A DNA stretch of 61,679 bases from positions 1-61,679 of IMG/VR virus record IMGVR_UViG_3300045741_000280, one strand, 5' to 3'. Positions within the stretch are counted from its first letter, which is position 1, and the number at the start of each line of letters is the position of its first letter. Positions 40,201-49,822 of the stretch are shown here, in pieces. Below the pieces are notes generated by a model, which saw only the letters and a list, made by a program, of their open reading frames with translations, was not told the origin of the DNA and made no database searches. The translations under genes and the position numbers were made by a program. Origin of the DNA: a virus. Its lineage: Duplodnaviria > Caudoviricetes.

Positions 40201-42508
40201 CTTAGAAAGGCTGGATTTAAAAACATTTTCTAACGATGAGGTCAAGAATGCCAAGCTTAGAAAGCAAGCTAAGGCTAGCCTTATACGTACATTAGATATA
40301 AATGATGAAAATTTTGATGGATGGAAAAATAAAACTGTAGCCCAATTCATACGCCAGTCCATTAAGGAAGAGGAAAACTATAGTGATTTCTATAAAGAAC
40401 TCCATAGTCCAGAGTTAAAGCCAGCTTTGGATATGTATAATTTCATTCTGGAGCTTAATGAATGGGCCAAATCCCTGGGATATATAGAATCCAAACATAC
40501 AGAGGGATTTCTTGCCTATGTAAATGCCACCCTTTTACAGAGGGTTAATGCTTCCGAAGATAAATTTAAAACATTTAAAGAGGCTCTGGGGGACAAATTT
40601 ACAACAGTGCAGCCTGATGAGGGACAAATGTATGGTAGAAAGGATGCGGAAACAGGGGAATTAACGAGAAGTATTCCAAGACTATACACTAGTGAGAGAG
40701 ATGAGGACAAAAGGAGCACAGATTTGTTATCCATCATTTCTTTATATATAAAATCTCTTGTACGTTTTGAAACCTCACAAAAACTGGATCCCTTATTTGC
40801 AGCTACATTATTAATGGAAAAAAATAAGGGACATTTAGAAACCCAGCCTGGTAGCGGTAAGGTGATATTTCAGGGGGATACACCACAAGTGTTTCCAGGT
40901 AATTCCGTGAATGCAAATAGGTTGCAGTCGTATATAGACACTCAAATATATGATATTAATTTACAGGCCAGTGATTTAATTGACACCATAGCTTCTAAAA
41001 TAGACTCCAGGGAGGGTAAGGAAGAAAGAGCTCTCTCCGCCAAAAAGATATTGCAATCAGCTAACAGGCTGACACAACAACTGGCTGTTGGATTAAAACC
41101 TCTTATTGCTACAGCTAATGCTTTTGGAGCTGCTGTACAGGCAGAAATAAATAATAGTGGAAGAAGATATTATACACCAAATGAGTATAAAACTAATGAA
41201 TTAAAAGAAATAGGCAGTTTATTCACAGGAGTAAAGGGAAATATACGAAAGGGTCTCACCGATTTAATAATTCCTCTTGGTGAGGAAGCCTTAAAAAAGC
41301 ACTATAGAGGGGTGGCATGGAAGCAGAGCTCGTTAAAATGGCTATCCACCCTGTCTATGCAGGATGTTATGATGAGCTCCAATAGGCTCCCTGATGACGT
41401 ACATATGCTTGTAAATGCCGATTGCTGGATGGAAAATACAATGGTGGTGGATGGGAAATTAGAAAATATAAGACAATATCTACGTAATCAGCCGGAATTT
41501 ACGAATAGATATAAAGTGGCTGAGCAGGGTGGCAGGAGTGTGGCAGAAGTAGAAAAGGAATTTGAGGCAAAGGTGAAAGAACTTAAAAAAACAAAATCTC
41601 TTCCGGAAATAGCAAAATTTAATTCCGAGGGGTATTTGGAAATACCAGGATTTGATATACACAATTCTAATTTAGCTGAATATAGAGCCAAGGTGGTGGA
41701 ATATGGCAGAAAGATAACTTCACAAGTGTCAAGGGAAAATGCCCAGGAAGCTAATACAAACATCATTGCAAAATCGTTTGCAATGTTCAAGAATTGGATA
41801 ATTCCACAAGTGGAGCAAAGAGCTCTCGACATTCATAAGGATCCCACACTGGATGATTGGGAATATGGAAGAGTGAGACTGTTCGCTAAGGTGGTGGCAA
41901 AATTAGGGTTTAAAAGTATAGCAAAAATTAGAGACATCACTAAAGCTACTCCCGAGGGAATTAGAATAATGCGGGAAATGTATGAGTCTAAAATAGAGCA
42001 ATATTATAGAAAAACAGGCCAAAAGCTAGATATAACAGAACAAGAGTTTTTTGATTTAGTTAGAAAGGAATTGCGCTCGGAAGGAAAAGAATTGGCTCTG
42101 TTAATAGGTATAGTGGGTATAGTTTTCACAATAAAATCAGCTGTTCCACCAGATGATGAGAATGACCCCACTAAAAAGAACAGGCTTAAGTATTTAGCCA
42201 AGGCTCTCACAAAAATGAGTAATGAAATAGATTTTTATTACAATCCCCTTTCGGCTGAGTCCATCACCAGAGGTACTATTTTACCATCTTTTGGACTCCT
42301 AACCAAAGCAGAACGTCTTTTAGATCAGAGTGTTAAAGAAATGTTAGGTGGCCCGGAAACACAGAAAGGAGCCCATCCATTAAAAGCATTGTTTAGCTTA
42401 ATACCAGGACCTTCTCAATTTCAAACAGAAATACTACCCCTTTGGTTTCCAGAGGAAGCTAAAGAGCTGGGAATACGCCCTACAGCAGAGGCAAGAATAC
42501 TTCAATAA
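37271..42508 (+). CDS. Large cargo protein with zincin-like and PD-(D/E)xK nuclease domains
   Basis: 1745 aa, TTG start. Motifs LPEEAMH...KEEAIGK and IEQP...AGTIDLL...IYDWK...QITDY (RecB-like), plus a late hydrophobic helix ELALLIGIVGIVFTI. Confidence 0.7.
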   Translation: MSSCRIYINKLSKDEKVQEKLTSFHNQIFKKLIDSGLFNKFNDHYFLPPVGTGRYSKAQGLISELNKEYTIPVIGTAYTKANSKEYVFVNVKNLLPRAQDEAKGPQLDLAEIQAILNQKQSLVSSKASPKTIGKVKEWLSRIGVDIKTLDSKRYGGVNGIANLLKATIEIAEGKESTALPEEAMHFAVDILKTSNPGLYRAMFNKIGQFNIYQQTRDLYANSPEYKNPDGSLNVPKIKEEAIGKLLAEYYIKKEEFGTEKPELLLQTKTWWDQLVEWIKSLLGVANFNPFEEAVNTLPENNKASDGHIKELAELIQAQDVPSYMRDSIDQAFDRGEYREIVSTIADQLADTPTYETTKRLYLGGDEALAQEILSVYQQMLQIQGEEPVKNEFADDLMKKLDAKIEEFDLKKVENPKANEEDDNNYYEATIGGVRGRTDRTTEYAKRANVKYTGGKDFLANLTPEEKAYNDKFAWNGLNVHFDIERIIQSARNEDGTIKPKGTFVPNIVPTGPKAVFKVLQNFLLGTDQTTGFLYQFEPGTKVVIEQPILNEKAKTKTEDGKVLIGRAGTIDLLVLEPASEKHPKGLATIYDWKVMNMSENSPEYKFPKQSQHKIQITDYKRTLKEGYGLKESEIQAFAIPIAGKYTIDEDRKTGVKTPKLESVKIGNVDIKTEDRPWLLPVVPDDQSTGNTKIDSLVRALRAKYDRIYKKPVPANQQAEKEEDLNEMSSAIRNLQVAINFEPLSVEALTFQHNVGKIIDKYSSYDAKGKTPEEYNPILSEIASNINAASYYSDIDRVFSSEYKDTPNLSEKNKAILDSLQKTSSAAKDSVDKLQAINSRIVAQIAAEGGIKDILSPEKEAKGITNSWLQAGTTPIKSKQFLTQLAVDARSADVIKIMKIEKEFGDLYTPLEKLASSKGKSPYEMIADVKEHKLKRRLSRDVLDIIKKAKNDRNKKAILDNIDIDTYNKLAADRIKERLERLDLKTFSNDEVKNAKLRKQAKASLIRTLDINDENFDGWKNKTVAQFIRQSIKEEENYSDFYKELHSPELKPALDMYNFILELNEWAKSLGYIESKHTEGFLAYVNATLLQRVNASEDKFKTFKEALGDKFTTVQPDEGQMYGRKDAETGELTRSIPRLYTSERDEDKRSTDLLSIISLYIKSLVRFETSQKLDPLFAATLLMEKNKGHLETQPGSGKVIFQGDTPQVFPGNSVNANRLQSYIDTQIYDINLQASDLIDTIASKIDSREGKEERALSAKKILQSANRLTQQLAVGLKPLIATANAFGAAVQAEINNSGRRYYTPNEYKTNELKEIGSLFTGVKGNIRKGLTDLIIPLGEEALKKHYRGVAWKQSSLKWLSTLSMQDVMMSSNRLPDDVHMLVNADCWMENTMVVDGKLENIRQYLRNQPEFTNRYKVAEQGGRSVAEVEKEFEAKVKELKKTKSLPEIAKFNSEGYLEIPGFDIHNSNLAEYRAKVVEYGRKITSQVSRENAQEANTNIIAKSFAMFKNWIIPQVEQRALDIHKDPTLDDWEYGRVRLFAKVVAKLGFKSIAKIRDITKATPEGIRIMREMYESKIEQYYRKTGQKLDITEQEFFDLVRKELRSEGKELALLIGIVGIVFTIKSAVPPDDENDPTKKNRLKYLAKALTKMSNEIDFYYNPLSAESITRGTILPSFGLLTKAERLLDQSVKEMLGGPETQKGAHPLKALFSLIPGPSQFQTEILPLWFPEEAKELGIRPTAEARILQ

Positions 42509-42588
42509 TGAGAATGGCCAATCTTCCATACAGGGTAAGAATAGCAGCCATAAATGCTATATTATACCAAAAAATCCCGACACACACC

Positions 42589-42619
42589 CTTGCTGTCCAA
42601 TAATTTATAAGTAAATTTG
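42589..42619 (+). promoter_or_regulatory. Bacteroidetes-type promoter for the fibre module
   Basis: CTTG (42589-42592), 19-nt spacer, TAAATTTG (42612-42619), only 7 nt before the ATG at 42627. Confidence 0.6.
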
Positions 42620-42626
42620 TCCCACA

Positions 42627-45600
42627 ATGTCAGCCTGTCCTCCGTCATCATCCAACCCCTGTCCCTCCTACCCTAATGCAAAGTGCGTCTATTATGGGGG
42701 CTCCAATCTCCTATGCACTGGAATTAAGACAAATGACAGACTGGATGTAATTCTTCAGAAAATTGACGCCCTCTTCTGCAATGGTGGTGGAGGAGGCGGT
42801 GGAGGATCGTTTGTGGTGGCTGGCACTGGGATAGATGTTAATGGTGTAGGTACATTAGGAAATCCCTATATTATTTCTTCTGTTTTGCAGGCTAATAACG
42901 GACTAACGTTAGGTAGTTCCATAATGAAATTTGGCCAAACTGTAGGTCAAACAGGCAATCCTGGAGCTATTTTGCATAATACAGAAGTGCCAATGGGGGA
43001 TTTTAGTATTATTTTTAACAATAAAACTGGAACTGGAGCCCCTGCCTCAGCCATCACTATAAATGGAGGCAATTCCTCCGGAACCAGTAGAGCAGATATA
43101 AAGCTGGAAGCTATAAATACAGCCTCCGTAAAATTTAGTGTTGATAATACAGCTGGAAATATGCAGCTCGCCTATTATGGGCTTAACGGATTGCTAGAAG
43201 GATCTGGTGGATATTTTGTTTCTGGTGCTGGTGGACATTTCTACTTATCTAATATGACAGGTGGCACTACACACTCCACTGTAGAAATAGGCGGTGTAGC
43301 ATCCCAGCAATGGAATATAACAGGTGATACGGCTTTAGGGCTATATGGCACTAGACGGACAGGATTTGGTGGTGTCACCACTCCTACAGCTCATATTGAT
43401 ATTATAGGATCCACTGTAGACACCATACCATTGAGATTTCAGGATGGTGTTGATCCCTCAAACAATTATTTAGAAGGGGCAGTGTGGAGAGCCAACAACC
43501 ATCTCTATGGAAGACTCAACGGGATGAATAAACAGCTAGATAATGACTACATCCTATCCCCTGGAGATTTCATACAAAACCAATTTACCACCTCACAATC
43601 CACTGCTAATTTCTGGATTGATGGGCATGGTAGAATTGATGACTATTTACAAATAAGTAATGCAGCACGTCTTGTAAAGGATAGTGGAGGAATGCTCTCT
43701 GTTGCTTCTCCAACAAATTCTTCCCTTGGAGCCTCTTTGAGAGTTAATCAACTCCAGTTTTTTAATCCAGTAACTCCAGGTGCTCTATCCACCTCTTATA
43801 TTGATTCTTCTCAAGGGGATCGTATAGGTATACACACTCCTGGTTCATATGGATCACTTGATATTGATAGCGCATATATATCCCAAACTAAGCACACTAC
43901 ATGGAACATGGGTGGTGTGTTTCCTCTTATTTTTATGGGGGCAGATAGTGATAGTACGGACAATCCTCAAGACTTTATACGTATAAGAAATAACGGGCCA
44001 GCGGGTAGTGACGCTAATTCAACTCACGCATTTCTTTCTTTTGCTGTTAATAAAGAAAATGGCACACCTATAAATCCTGTTAGTAATAGGGGGGATGTAG
44101 TAAAACTTGCAAGAATAGGAGTTGAGGCTGTGAATTTCTCCCAAACCCTTTATAAGGGAGATTTGGTGTTTGAAACGGTGGATGCCAGTGTTAATAGTGG
44201 AGCATACACAGAATATTTTCGTCTGAAATATGACGGAAGGATGATAAATCCAGCATATTCCACTCTTCTTGCTGCACCAACAACAACGGGTGTAAAACAT
44301 CTGGTGACATGTGATGAGGGTGGTTTATTTAGCCATGAAGTAATACCAGTGGGAGGAGTGGGGAGTGTTACATCTGTAGCCCTCTCAATGCCATCTGCAT
44401 TTTCTGTAGCAAATTCTCCTATTACAAATGCAGGAACATTAGTAGTTACAGCCACTGGTACAACTTCCCAATATATAAGAGGAGATGGATCTCTCGGTAG
44501 TGTTCCTATATCCGTACTCACAGCAGCAACGGCATCCAATAGTATTAATAATGCTAATTTTGCGCAAACTTGGAATTGGAATTCCCTTTCTACACAAACA
44601 GGATTATTATTACAGACGAGCTCTACATTAGCAGCCTCTAATGCACAGACACTCCTATGGGTGAATATGTTTGGACTGAATGCTAATTCAAACCAAATAA
44701 CATATGGGGCAATTTTTGCTAATTCCCATACAGGAACAGGATCAACTAATATAGGAGCAAGTTTTAGTGCCTCAGGAGGTGCTACAAATATTGCAGCTCA
44801 ATTCATTAGTGGCTCAGTAAATTTAGGAGTTCCCGGAACATCTTTAGGAGTGTTAAATATAAGCGGAAACACTTCAGGGACAATAACTATACAACCAGCA
44901 GCAGTGGCAGGAACGTACACTCTTACACTACCCACTAGTGCTGGCACTGCCAACCAAATATTAAAAACAGACGGAAGTGGTGTACTATCATGGAGCTCAA
45001 GTGCATTAAACACTCCTCTTTCTGGTATTACAGCAGCAACTACCGCTAACACTATTAATAATTTAAACTTTGCTCAAACATGGAGATGGAATACTTTAGT
45101 ATCTGGGGCAGGGTTGGCATTAACTGTCGGAAGTGCCTCAGCCTCTACTGGGTCGAGGGTGTTAGATGTTATTCTTTCTACAACAAATAATCAGGCCACT
45201 TACGCAGCACATATAAGAAATAATGGAGTAAATGCGGGTAGCAATACAGCTCTATATTTACAGGCTGTAAACTCCACTATTCAAAATGTTGGTTTATATA
45301 TAGATGCAAGTGGGGGTAGTGATAATCAAGCCATCACTATTGTTAACGGAAAGGTGACAATTAACAGTTTTTCAAATCTATCTACACAGGATAGGCTTAT
45401 TGGCCAATATTCTTCTAATTCTGTTCTCGGATATATATCAGTGGGTGCAGGATTAACTCTTTCCGGAGGTGTTCTATCTTCTTCTGGGTCATCAGGTAAT
45501 GTTTACACTATAGATGGTACTGTTACTGATTCGGTTAGGACAGTAGATGTTAATAATAATAGTATTATATTTAATAATGTAGATTTATGGGCTGTATATG

Positions 45601-47858
45601 GAAAAACTGCATACGCAGGTGTTGGATTATTAGGTGTGAATGGTGATACAGGGTTTGCTGCAATAGGGGATATTGACACTGATATAAATGGTACTCAAAT
45701 AAGAGTAACAGACAATGTTCAGGAAATAACCCTAATTAATACTAATGTTAGTGGTACATTCTTCAAAATAGCAGGATTTGGGTCGGCTTCTAATGGAGAT
45801 GTACTCACATTAGCAGACAATACAACAGGACGAGTGTCCTGGTCCACTCCAGGGGGTGGAGGTGGGGGTGTAACATCATTCTCAGCAGGTACTTTTTCTC
45901 CATTATTTACCACTTCAGTGGCTACAGCAACCACTACTCCTGCATTATCATTCACTGCTTCAAATGCTTCAGCTAATACATGGTTTGGTAATAATACAGG
46001 GTCTCCTGCACCAGCTTCTTTTAATGCCTCAGGAGCTTTAACAAAAACAGATGATGCTAATGTAACATTAACTTTAGGAGGCTCACCAACAACAGCTTTA
46101 TTAAATGCTGCCTCAATTACAGTGGGATGGACAGGTACATTAGGAGTGGCAAGAGGAGGTACTAATTTAGCCTCTTATACAATAGGAGACATTTTATATG
46201 CCTCTGGAACCACCACCCTATCAAAACTTGGAATAGGAACATCAGGGCAAATTCTTCGTGTAAATGCAGGAGTTCCACAATGGTATACACAGACATTTAA
46301 TAGCGGCACTGTCACTGATTTCTCTGCTGGGGACCTTGCTCCTTTATTTACAACAACAGAAGCTACTACAACCACTACTCCGGCACTATCATTTACACTC
46401 ACTAATGCTGGTGCTAATACATATTTTGGTAATGCTACAGGAGGATCAGCAGCACCTTCTTATACAGCAGCAGGTGCATTAACTACAGGAAGTGACACTA
46501 ATATAGTGTTAACTGTAGGAGGAAATGCCTCTACATCCTTATTAAGAGCAGCTTCTATTACAGCATCATGGAATGGAACATTGGGAGTTGCCAGGGGTGG
46601 TACAAATATAGCCTCTTATGCTATAGGGGATATATTATTTGCTTCAGGTACAACAACTCTATCAAAATTAGCAATAGGTGCTCCAGGACAACAATTAAGA
46701 GTAAATGGGGGAGGCACTGCATTAGAATATTTTACAGCAGGACCTGGCATCACTACATTAAATACACTCACAGCAGCTACACAATTGTTTGCTGTAGGAA
46801 CATCAGGTACAGATTTTAATATATCCTCTGTAACAGATACACATACATTTAATATTCCTTCAGCCGGGATAGGAATAACCAGAGGGCTTATTACAAATTC
46901 AGCTCAAACACTGGATGGTGTAAAAAGCTTCAATCTTGGTGTAAATATTAACAGTAGTGGGGTAAACACAGCAGCAGGTGGGGATTTCGTAGTGCAAAGT
47001 GACACTAACACTGATGCTATACACGTAGATGCCACTAATAATAGAGTGGGGATACTCACTGCTCCCGGTGCATTCGGATTTGATGTAGCAGCCGTTTCTA
47101 CAAGAATACAAGGAAATCTTGGAGTGGGCACATCCCCTAATGGTAGTGTTGCATTAACAATAGGAGGATCCTCTTGGACAGCTTACGGCCTAAACACCAG
47201 TGGAGTCACCCTATCTCCCACAGCAAATGCTAATGCTGCAATTGGTAATTTTGGAGGCACTATTGTAGAGGCAGCATCCGGAACCCATGCTATTCTTGCA
47301 ACATTATGGGCTTCTCCTTTCACTGATACAGCAGGATTGGCCGTAGTTACAAATGCATGTACAGTGTACATATCCGATGCCCCCACCGCTGTTGGGGCTA
47401 CCAATTCTGCACTATTTATAGCTGCTGGTGCATTTAGGGCTAATGGTGATTGGTTTATGGGTGTTGGAAATGCCTACGCTTCTGGTGGATATGATTATAT
47501 AGTTAGAAATAGAGGAAATGGTAGACTAGAATCAATAGATCCAGATGTAATAGCTATAAACACTCAGTCAGCAGCATCATACACCCTGGTGCTTACAGAC
47601 AAGGGTAAGCTAATAGAAAGAACTAATGCTGGAGCTCAATCCGTAACTATTCCTACAAATGCTTCAGTGGCATTTCCTATAGGCACTATGATATTAATAG
47701 AGCAAACAGGAGCTGGACAAGTGACATTTACACCTGCTGTGGGAGTCACCATGAATGCAGCTGATGCATCAACAAAAACCAGAACACAGTGGGTGGTGGC
47801 TACATTAATAAAGAAAGCAACCAATACATGGACACTTAGTGGAGATATAATACCATGA
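42627..47858 (+). CDS. Long tail fibre 1
   Basis: 1743 aa, G/T/S/A-rich. N-terminal Cys module, typical fibre motifs (GSVTSVAL, TLTLPTSAGTANQILKTDGSGVLSW, LGVARGGT) and a compact C-terminal domain. Confidence 0.85.
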   Translation: MSACPPSSSNPCPSYPNAKCVYYGGSNLLCTGIKTNDRLDVILQKIDALFCNGGGGGGGGSFVVAGTGIDVNGVGTLGNPYIISSVLQANNGLTLGSSIMKFGQTVGQTGNPGAILHNTEVPMGDFSIIFNNKTGTGAPASAITINGGNSSGTSRADIKLEAINTASVKFSVDNTAGNMQLAYYGLNGLLEGSGGYFVSGAGGHFYLSNMTGGTTHSTVEIGGVASQQWNITGDTALGLYGTRRTGFGGVTTPTAHIDIIGSTVDTIPLRFQDGVDPSNNYLEGAVWRANNHLYGRLNGMNKQLDNDYILSPGDFIQNQFTTSQSTANFWIDGHGRIDDYLQISNAARLVKDSGGMLSVASPTNSSLGASLRVNQLQFFNPVTPGALSTSYIDSSQGDRIGIHTPGSYGSLDIDSAYISQTKHTTWNMGGVFPLIFMGADSDSTDNPQDFIRIRNNGPAGSDANSTHAFLSFAVNKENGTPINPVSNRGDVVKLARIGVEAVNFSQTLYKGDLVFETVDASVNSGAYTEYFRLKYDGRMINPAYSTLLAAPTTTGVKHLVTCDEGGLFSHEVIPVGGVGSVTSVALSMPSAFSVANSPITNAGTLVVTATGTTSQYIRGDGSLGSVPISVLTAATASNSINNANFAQTWNWNSLSTQTGLLLQTSSTLAASNAQTLLWVNMFGLNANSNQITYGAIFANSHTGTGSTNIGASFSASGGATNIAAQFISGSVNLGVPGTSLGVLNISGNTSGTITIQPAAVAGTYTLTLPTSAGTANQILKTDGSGVLSWSSSALNTPLSGITAATTANTINNLNFAQTWRWNTLVSGAGLALTVGSASASTGSRVLDVILSTTNNQATYAAHIRNNGVNAGSNTALYLQAVNSTIQNVGLYIDASGGSDNQAITIVNGKVTINSFSNLSTQDRLIGQYSSNSVLGYISVGAGLTLSGGVLSSSGSSGNVYTIDGTVTDSVRTVDVNNNSIIFNNVDLWAVYGKTAYAGVGLLGVNGDTGFAAIGDIDTDINGTQIRVTDNVQEITLINTNVSGTFFKIAGFGSASNGDVLTLADNTTGRVSWSTPGGGGGGVTSFSAGTFSPLFTTSVATATTTPALSFTASNASANTWFGNNTGSPAPASFNASGALTKTDDANVTLTLGGSPTTALLNAASITVGWTGTLGVARGGTNLASYTIGDILYASGTTTLSKLGIGTSGQILRVNAGVPQWYTQTFNSGTVTDFSAGDLAPLFTTTEATTTTTPALSFTLTNAGANTYFGNATGGSAAPSYTAAGALTTGSDTNIVLTVGGNASTSLLRAASITASWNGTLGVARGGTNIASYAIGDILFASGTTTLSKLAIGAPGQQLRVNGGGTALEYFTAGPGITTLNTLTAATQLFAVGTSGTDFNISSVTDTHTFNIPSAGIGITRGLITNSAQTLDGVKSFNLGVNINSSGVNTAAGGDFVVQSDTNTDAIHVDATNNRVGILTAPGAFGFDVAAVSTRIQGNLGVGTSPNGSVALTIGGSSWTAYGLNTSGVTLSPTANANAAIGNFGGTIVEAASGTHAILATLWASPFTDTAGLAVVTNACTVYISDAPTAVGATNSALFIAAGAFRANGDWFMGVGNAYASGGYDYIVRNRGNGRLESIDPDVIAINTQSAASYTLVLTDKGKLIERTNAGAQSVTIPTNASVAFPIGTMILIEQTGAGQVTFTPAVGVTMNAADASTKTRTQWVVATLIKKATNTWTLSGDIIP
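45870..46712 (+). repeat. Tandem duplication (147-aa period) inside fibre 1
   Basis: VTSFSAGTFSPLFTT...GQILRVN is repeated as VTDFSAGDLAPLFTT...GQQLRVN, offset by 441 nt. Confidence 0.85.
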
Positions 47859-49804
47859 TAATTAAAGCAATAACGGGGGTGAATGATGATTATAGAACAA
47901 CATCCACCACTACAACAACATCCACCACTACAGCACCTCCTTCCGGGTGCTCCCTTGCTATACAAGGATATGGGGTTGGTGTAACTGGTGGCGCTGGTCA
48001 GCTATCAGTGGTAGTTACCAATTTGAATGCATCAGGAACCGGGTCATTTGCAGCTGCATTAGGTAGTAATAGAGTGATAACATTTGCTTTAGGAGGCACC
48101 ATATCAGGATTTAGGCTATCAAGTAGTGGGTTCACAAATGTAACAATAGATGCCACATCTGTGGGAGGAATAACCCTAGACAATCTTAATAATGGGGACT
48201 GCTTTTCGATGGATGGTCCAGGATTTAGTAACATAATCATACGAGGAATAAGGTTTAGAAATGCTGGGAATGATTGTGCTAATGTTGTTAATGGAGCTCA
48301 CGATATTGTTTTCGATAGATGTAGTTTTTCTGGAGCACGGGATGGCAATTTAGATATTACATCTGGCTCTTATAATGTTACAGTGCAATATTGTATACTT
48401 GGAGGTGGATCTCCCACCTCATCTTTTGCTGGGGATATGCTTTTAGCATATAGTCCTACACAAAACATTTCTGTCCATCACAATCTATTTAGTCCAACAA
48501 GTGTTGGAAATGTTGGGGAGAGGTGTCCTCTTATACACTCTAATAACACTCCCCCGGCAGCTGGAATTATGATGTGCGATTTCAGAAATAATTTAGTGTA
48601 TAAATGGGGGAGGAATAATGGAACAGGATCTGGATATGGTACAGCTGTAGCATTCACTGGAACAGCAAATATTGTGAATAATTACTATTTTAGTAATGCT
48701 AGTCCAGGAAGCGCTACACAGACAGATGACGGGTATGGTGGAGGAGCCACTGGTAAGGCTTATATGGCTGGAAATGTATCCGGGAACACTGGCGTCAATC
48801 CCAACACTGGGAGTAATGTTGCAGAGTATTCAATTCCCGTTCCAAATAGAATTGCTAGTGAAACAGCTTGTGATTCAGCATCTTGTATATTAGCAAACGC
48901 GGGTCCACGTCCTCTTGATTCTGTTGATCAGGCATTAATTAACGCTGTAGTGTTGACAAATTGTGGACCCACCACTACGACAACATCTACATCAACATCT
49001 TCCACCTCCTCCACTACCACCACATCCACCACTACTATTCCGGGAGGAAGAACAAATTTAATATTTGAGGCTTTGTTTGAAGGGGCTGCTCCAGATTCTC
49101 CCCCATCAATAGGAACTTTTCCAAATCCCACACAATCTTGCTGCGAAACCACATCATCTTGTTGCTCTTATTCAGCCACTACAAGCACCAACCACCCTCG
49201 TACAGGTACAAAATGTTATAGGGCGGAAGTGAGGGCCACTGATCCAGCTGCACATGGTGGATGGCGTAGTGAGGTTGTACCACAATATACAGGAGGATTG
49301 TCAGACACTGGGAACAGGTGGTATGGATTTTCTGTATATTTCGATGCTCCACAATCATCTGGAAATTGGCTTGGAAGCTATGGAGGTCATTTTATACAAT
49401 GGCATCCTGATAATAGTTCCGGCTCTCTATCCTTTGGATTATGGGGATCAGATGGACTATGGGATTTAACAGTGAATCCACAGGGAGACTCAACAGCAGA
49501 TCACTATTATTTTGGGGGTACGACACCAAATGGTGGCACACCAATACAAATATTAGCAAATGTATGGTTTGATATAGTTATGAATGTCAATTGGACAACG
49601 GGACTCACTAAGTGGTGGAGGGACGGGGTGTTACAAAACACTCTAACAATTCCATGGTCAAGCGGACCGGGACGATATTTGAAATTTGGAATGAATAGGT
49701 GGGGAAATGGTCCTGGAGGGTCTCCTCAAGACACATGGGTAATATATTACGATAATTTAAGAGTGGGGAATGATAGTGCTACATATAATGATGTGGCTCC
49801 ATAA
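47855..49804 (+). CDS. Bifunctional depolymerase 1: pectate lyase (PL1-like beta-helix) + beta-jelly-roll polysaccharide lyase
   Basis: PL1-like motifs GYG..VTGG...VTNLNASG.GS, DGNLDI, SVHHNLF and ERCP. After a Thr linker come WRSE, QWH and YLKFGMNR (PL7/PL20-like). Confidence 0.8.
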   Translation: MIIKAITGVNDDYRTTSTTTTTSTTTAPPSGCSLAIQGYGVGVTGGAGQLSVVVTNLNASGTGSFAAALGSNRVITFALGGTISGFRLSSSGFTNVTIDATSVGGITLDNLNNGDCFSMDGPGFSNIIIRGIRFRNAGNDCANVVNGAHDIVFDRCSFSGARDGNLDITSGSYNVTVQYCILGGGSPTSSFAGDMLLAYSPTQNISVHHNLFSPTSVGNVGERCPLIHSNNTPPAAGIMMCDFRNNLVYKWGRNNGTGSGYGTAVAFTGTANIVNNYYFSNASPGSATQTDDGYGGGATGKAYMAGNVSGNTGVNPNTGSNVAEYSIPVPNRIASETACDSASCILANAGPRPLDSVDQALINAVVLTNCGPTTTTTSTSTSSTSSTTTTSTTTIPGGRTNLIFEALFEGAAPDSPPSIGTFPNPTQSCCETTSSCCSYSATTSTNHPRTGTKCYRAEVRATDPAAHGGWRSEVVPQYTGGLSDTGNRWYGFSVYFDAPQSSGNWLGSYGGHFIQWHPDNSSGSLSFGLWGSDGLWDLTVNPQGDSTADHYYFGGTTPNGGTPIQILANVWFDIVMNVNWTTGLTKWWRDGVLQNTLTIPWSSGPGRYLKFGMNRWGNGPGGSPQDTWVIYYDNLRVGNDSATYNDVAP

Positions 49805-49822
49805 ATAAATAAATAAAAAACA

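Noticed and set aside
25400-42508. Inteins or introns in the RNAP/cargo genes
   Set aside because: I saw no intein (C...HN) or LAGLIDADG signatures and no frame interruptions.
42508-42603. 31-aa ORF (MRMANLPYRVRIAAINAILYQKIPTHTLAVQ) coupled by TAATG
   Set aside because: It overlaps the conserved upstream motif and the promoter and has no recognisable features, so it is likely incidental.
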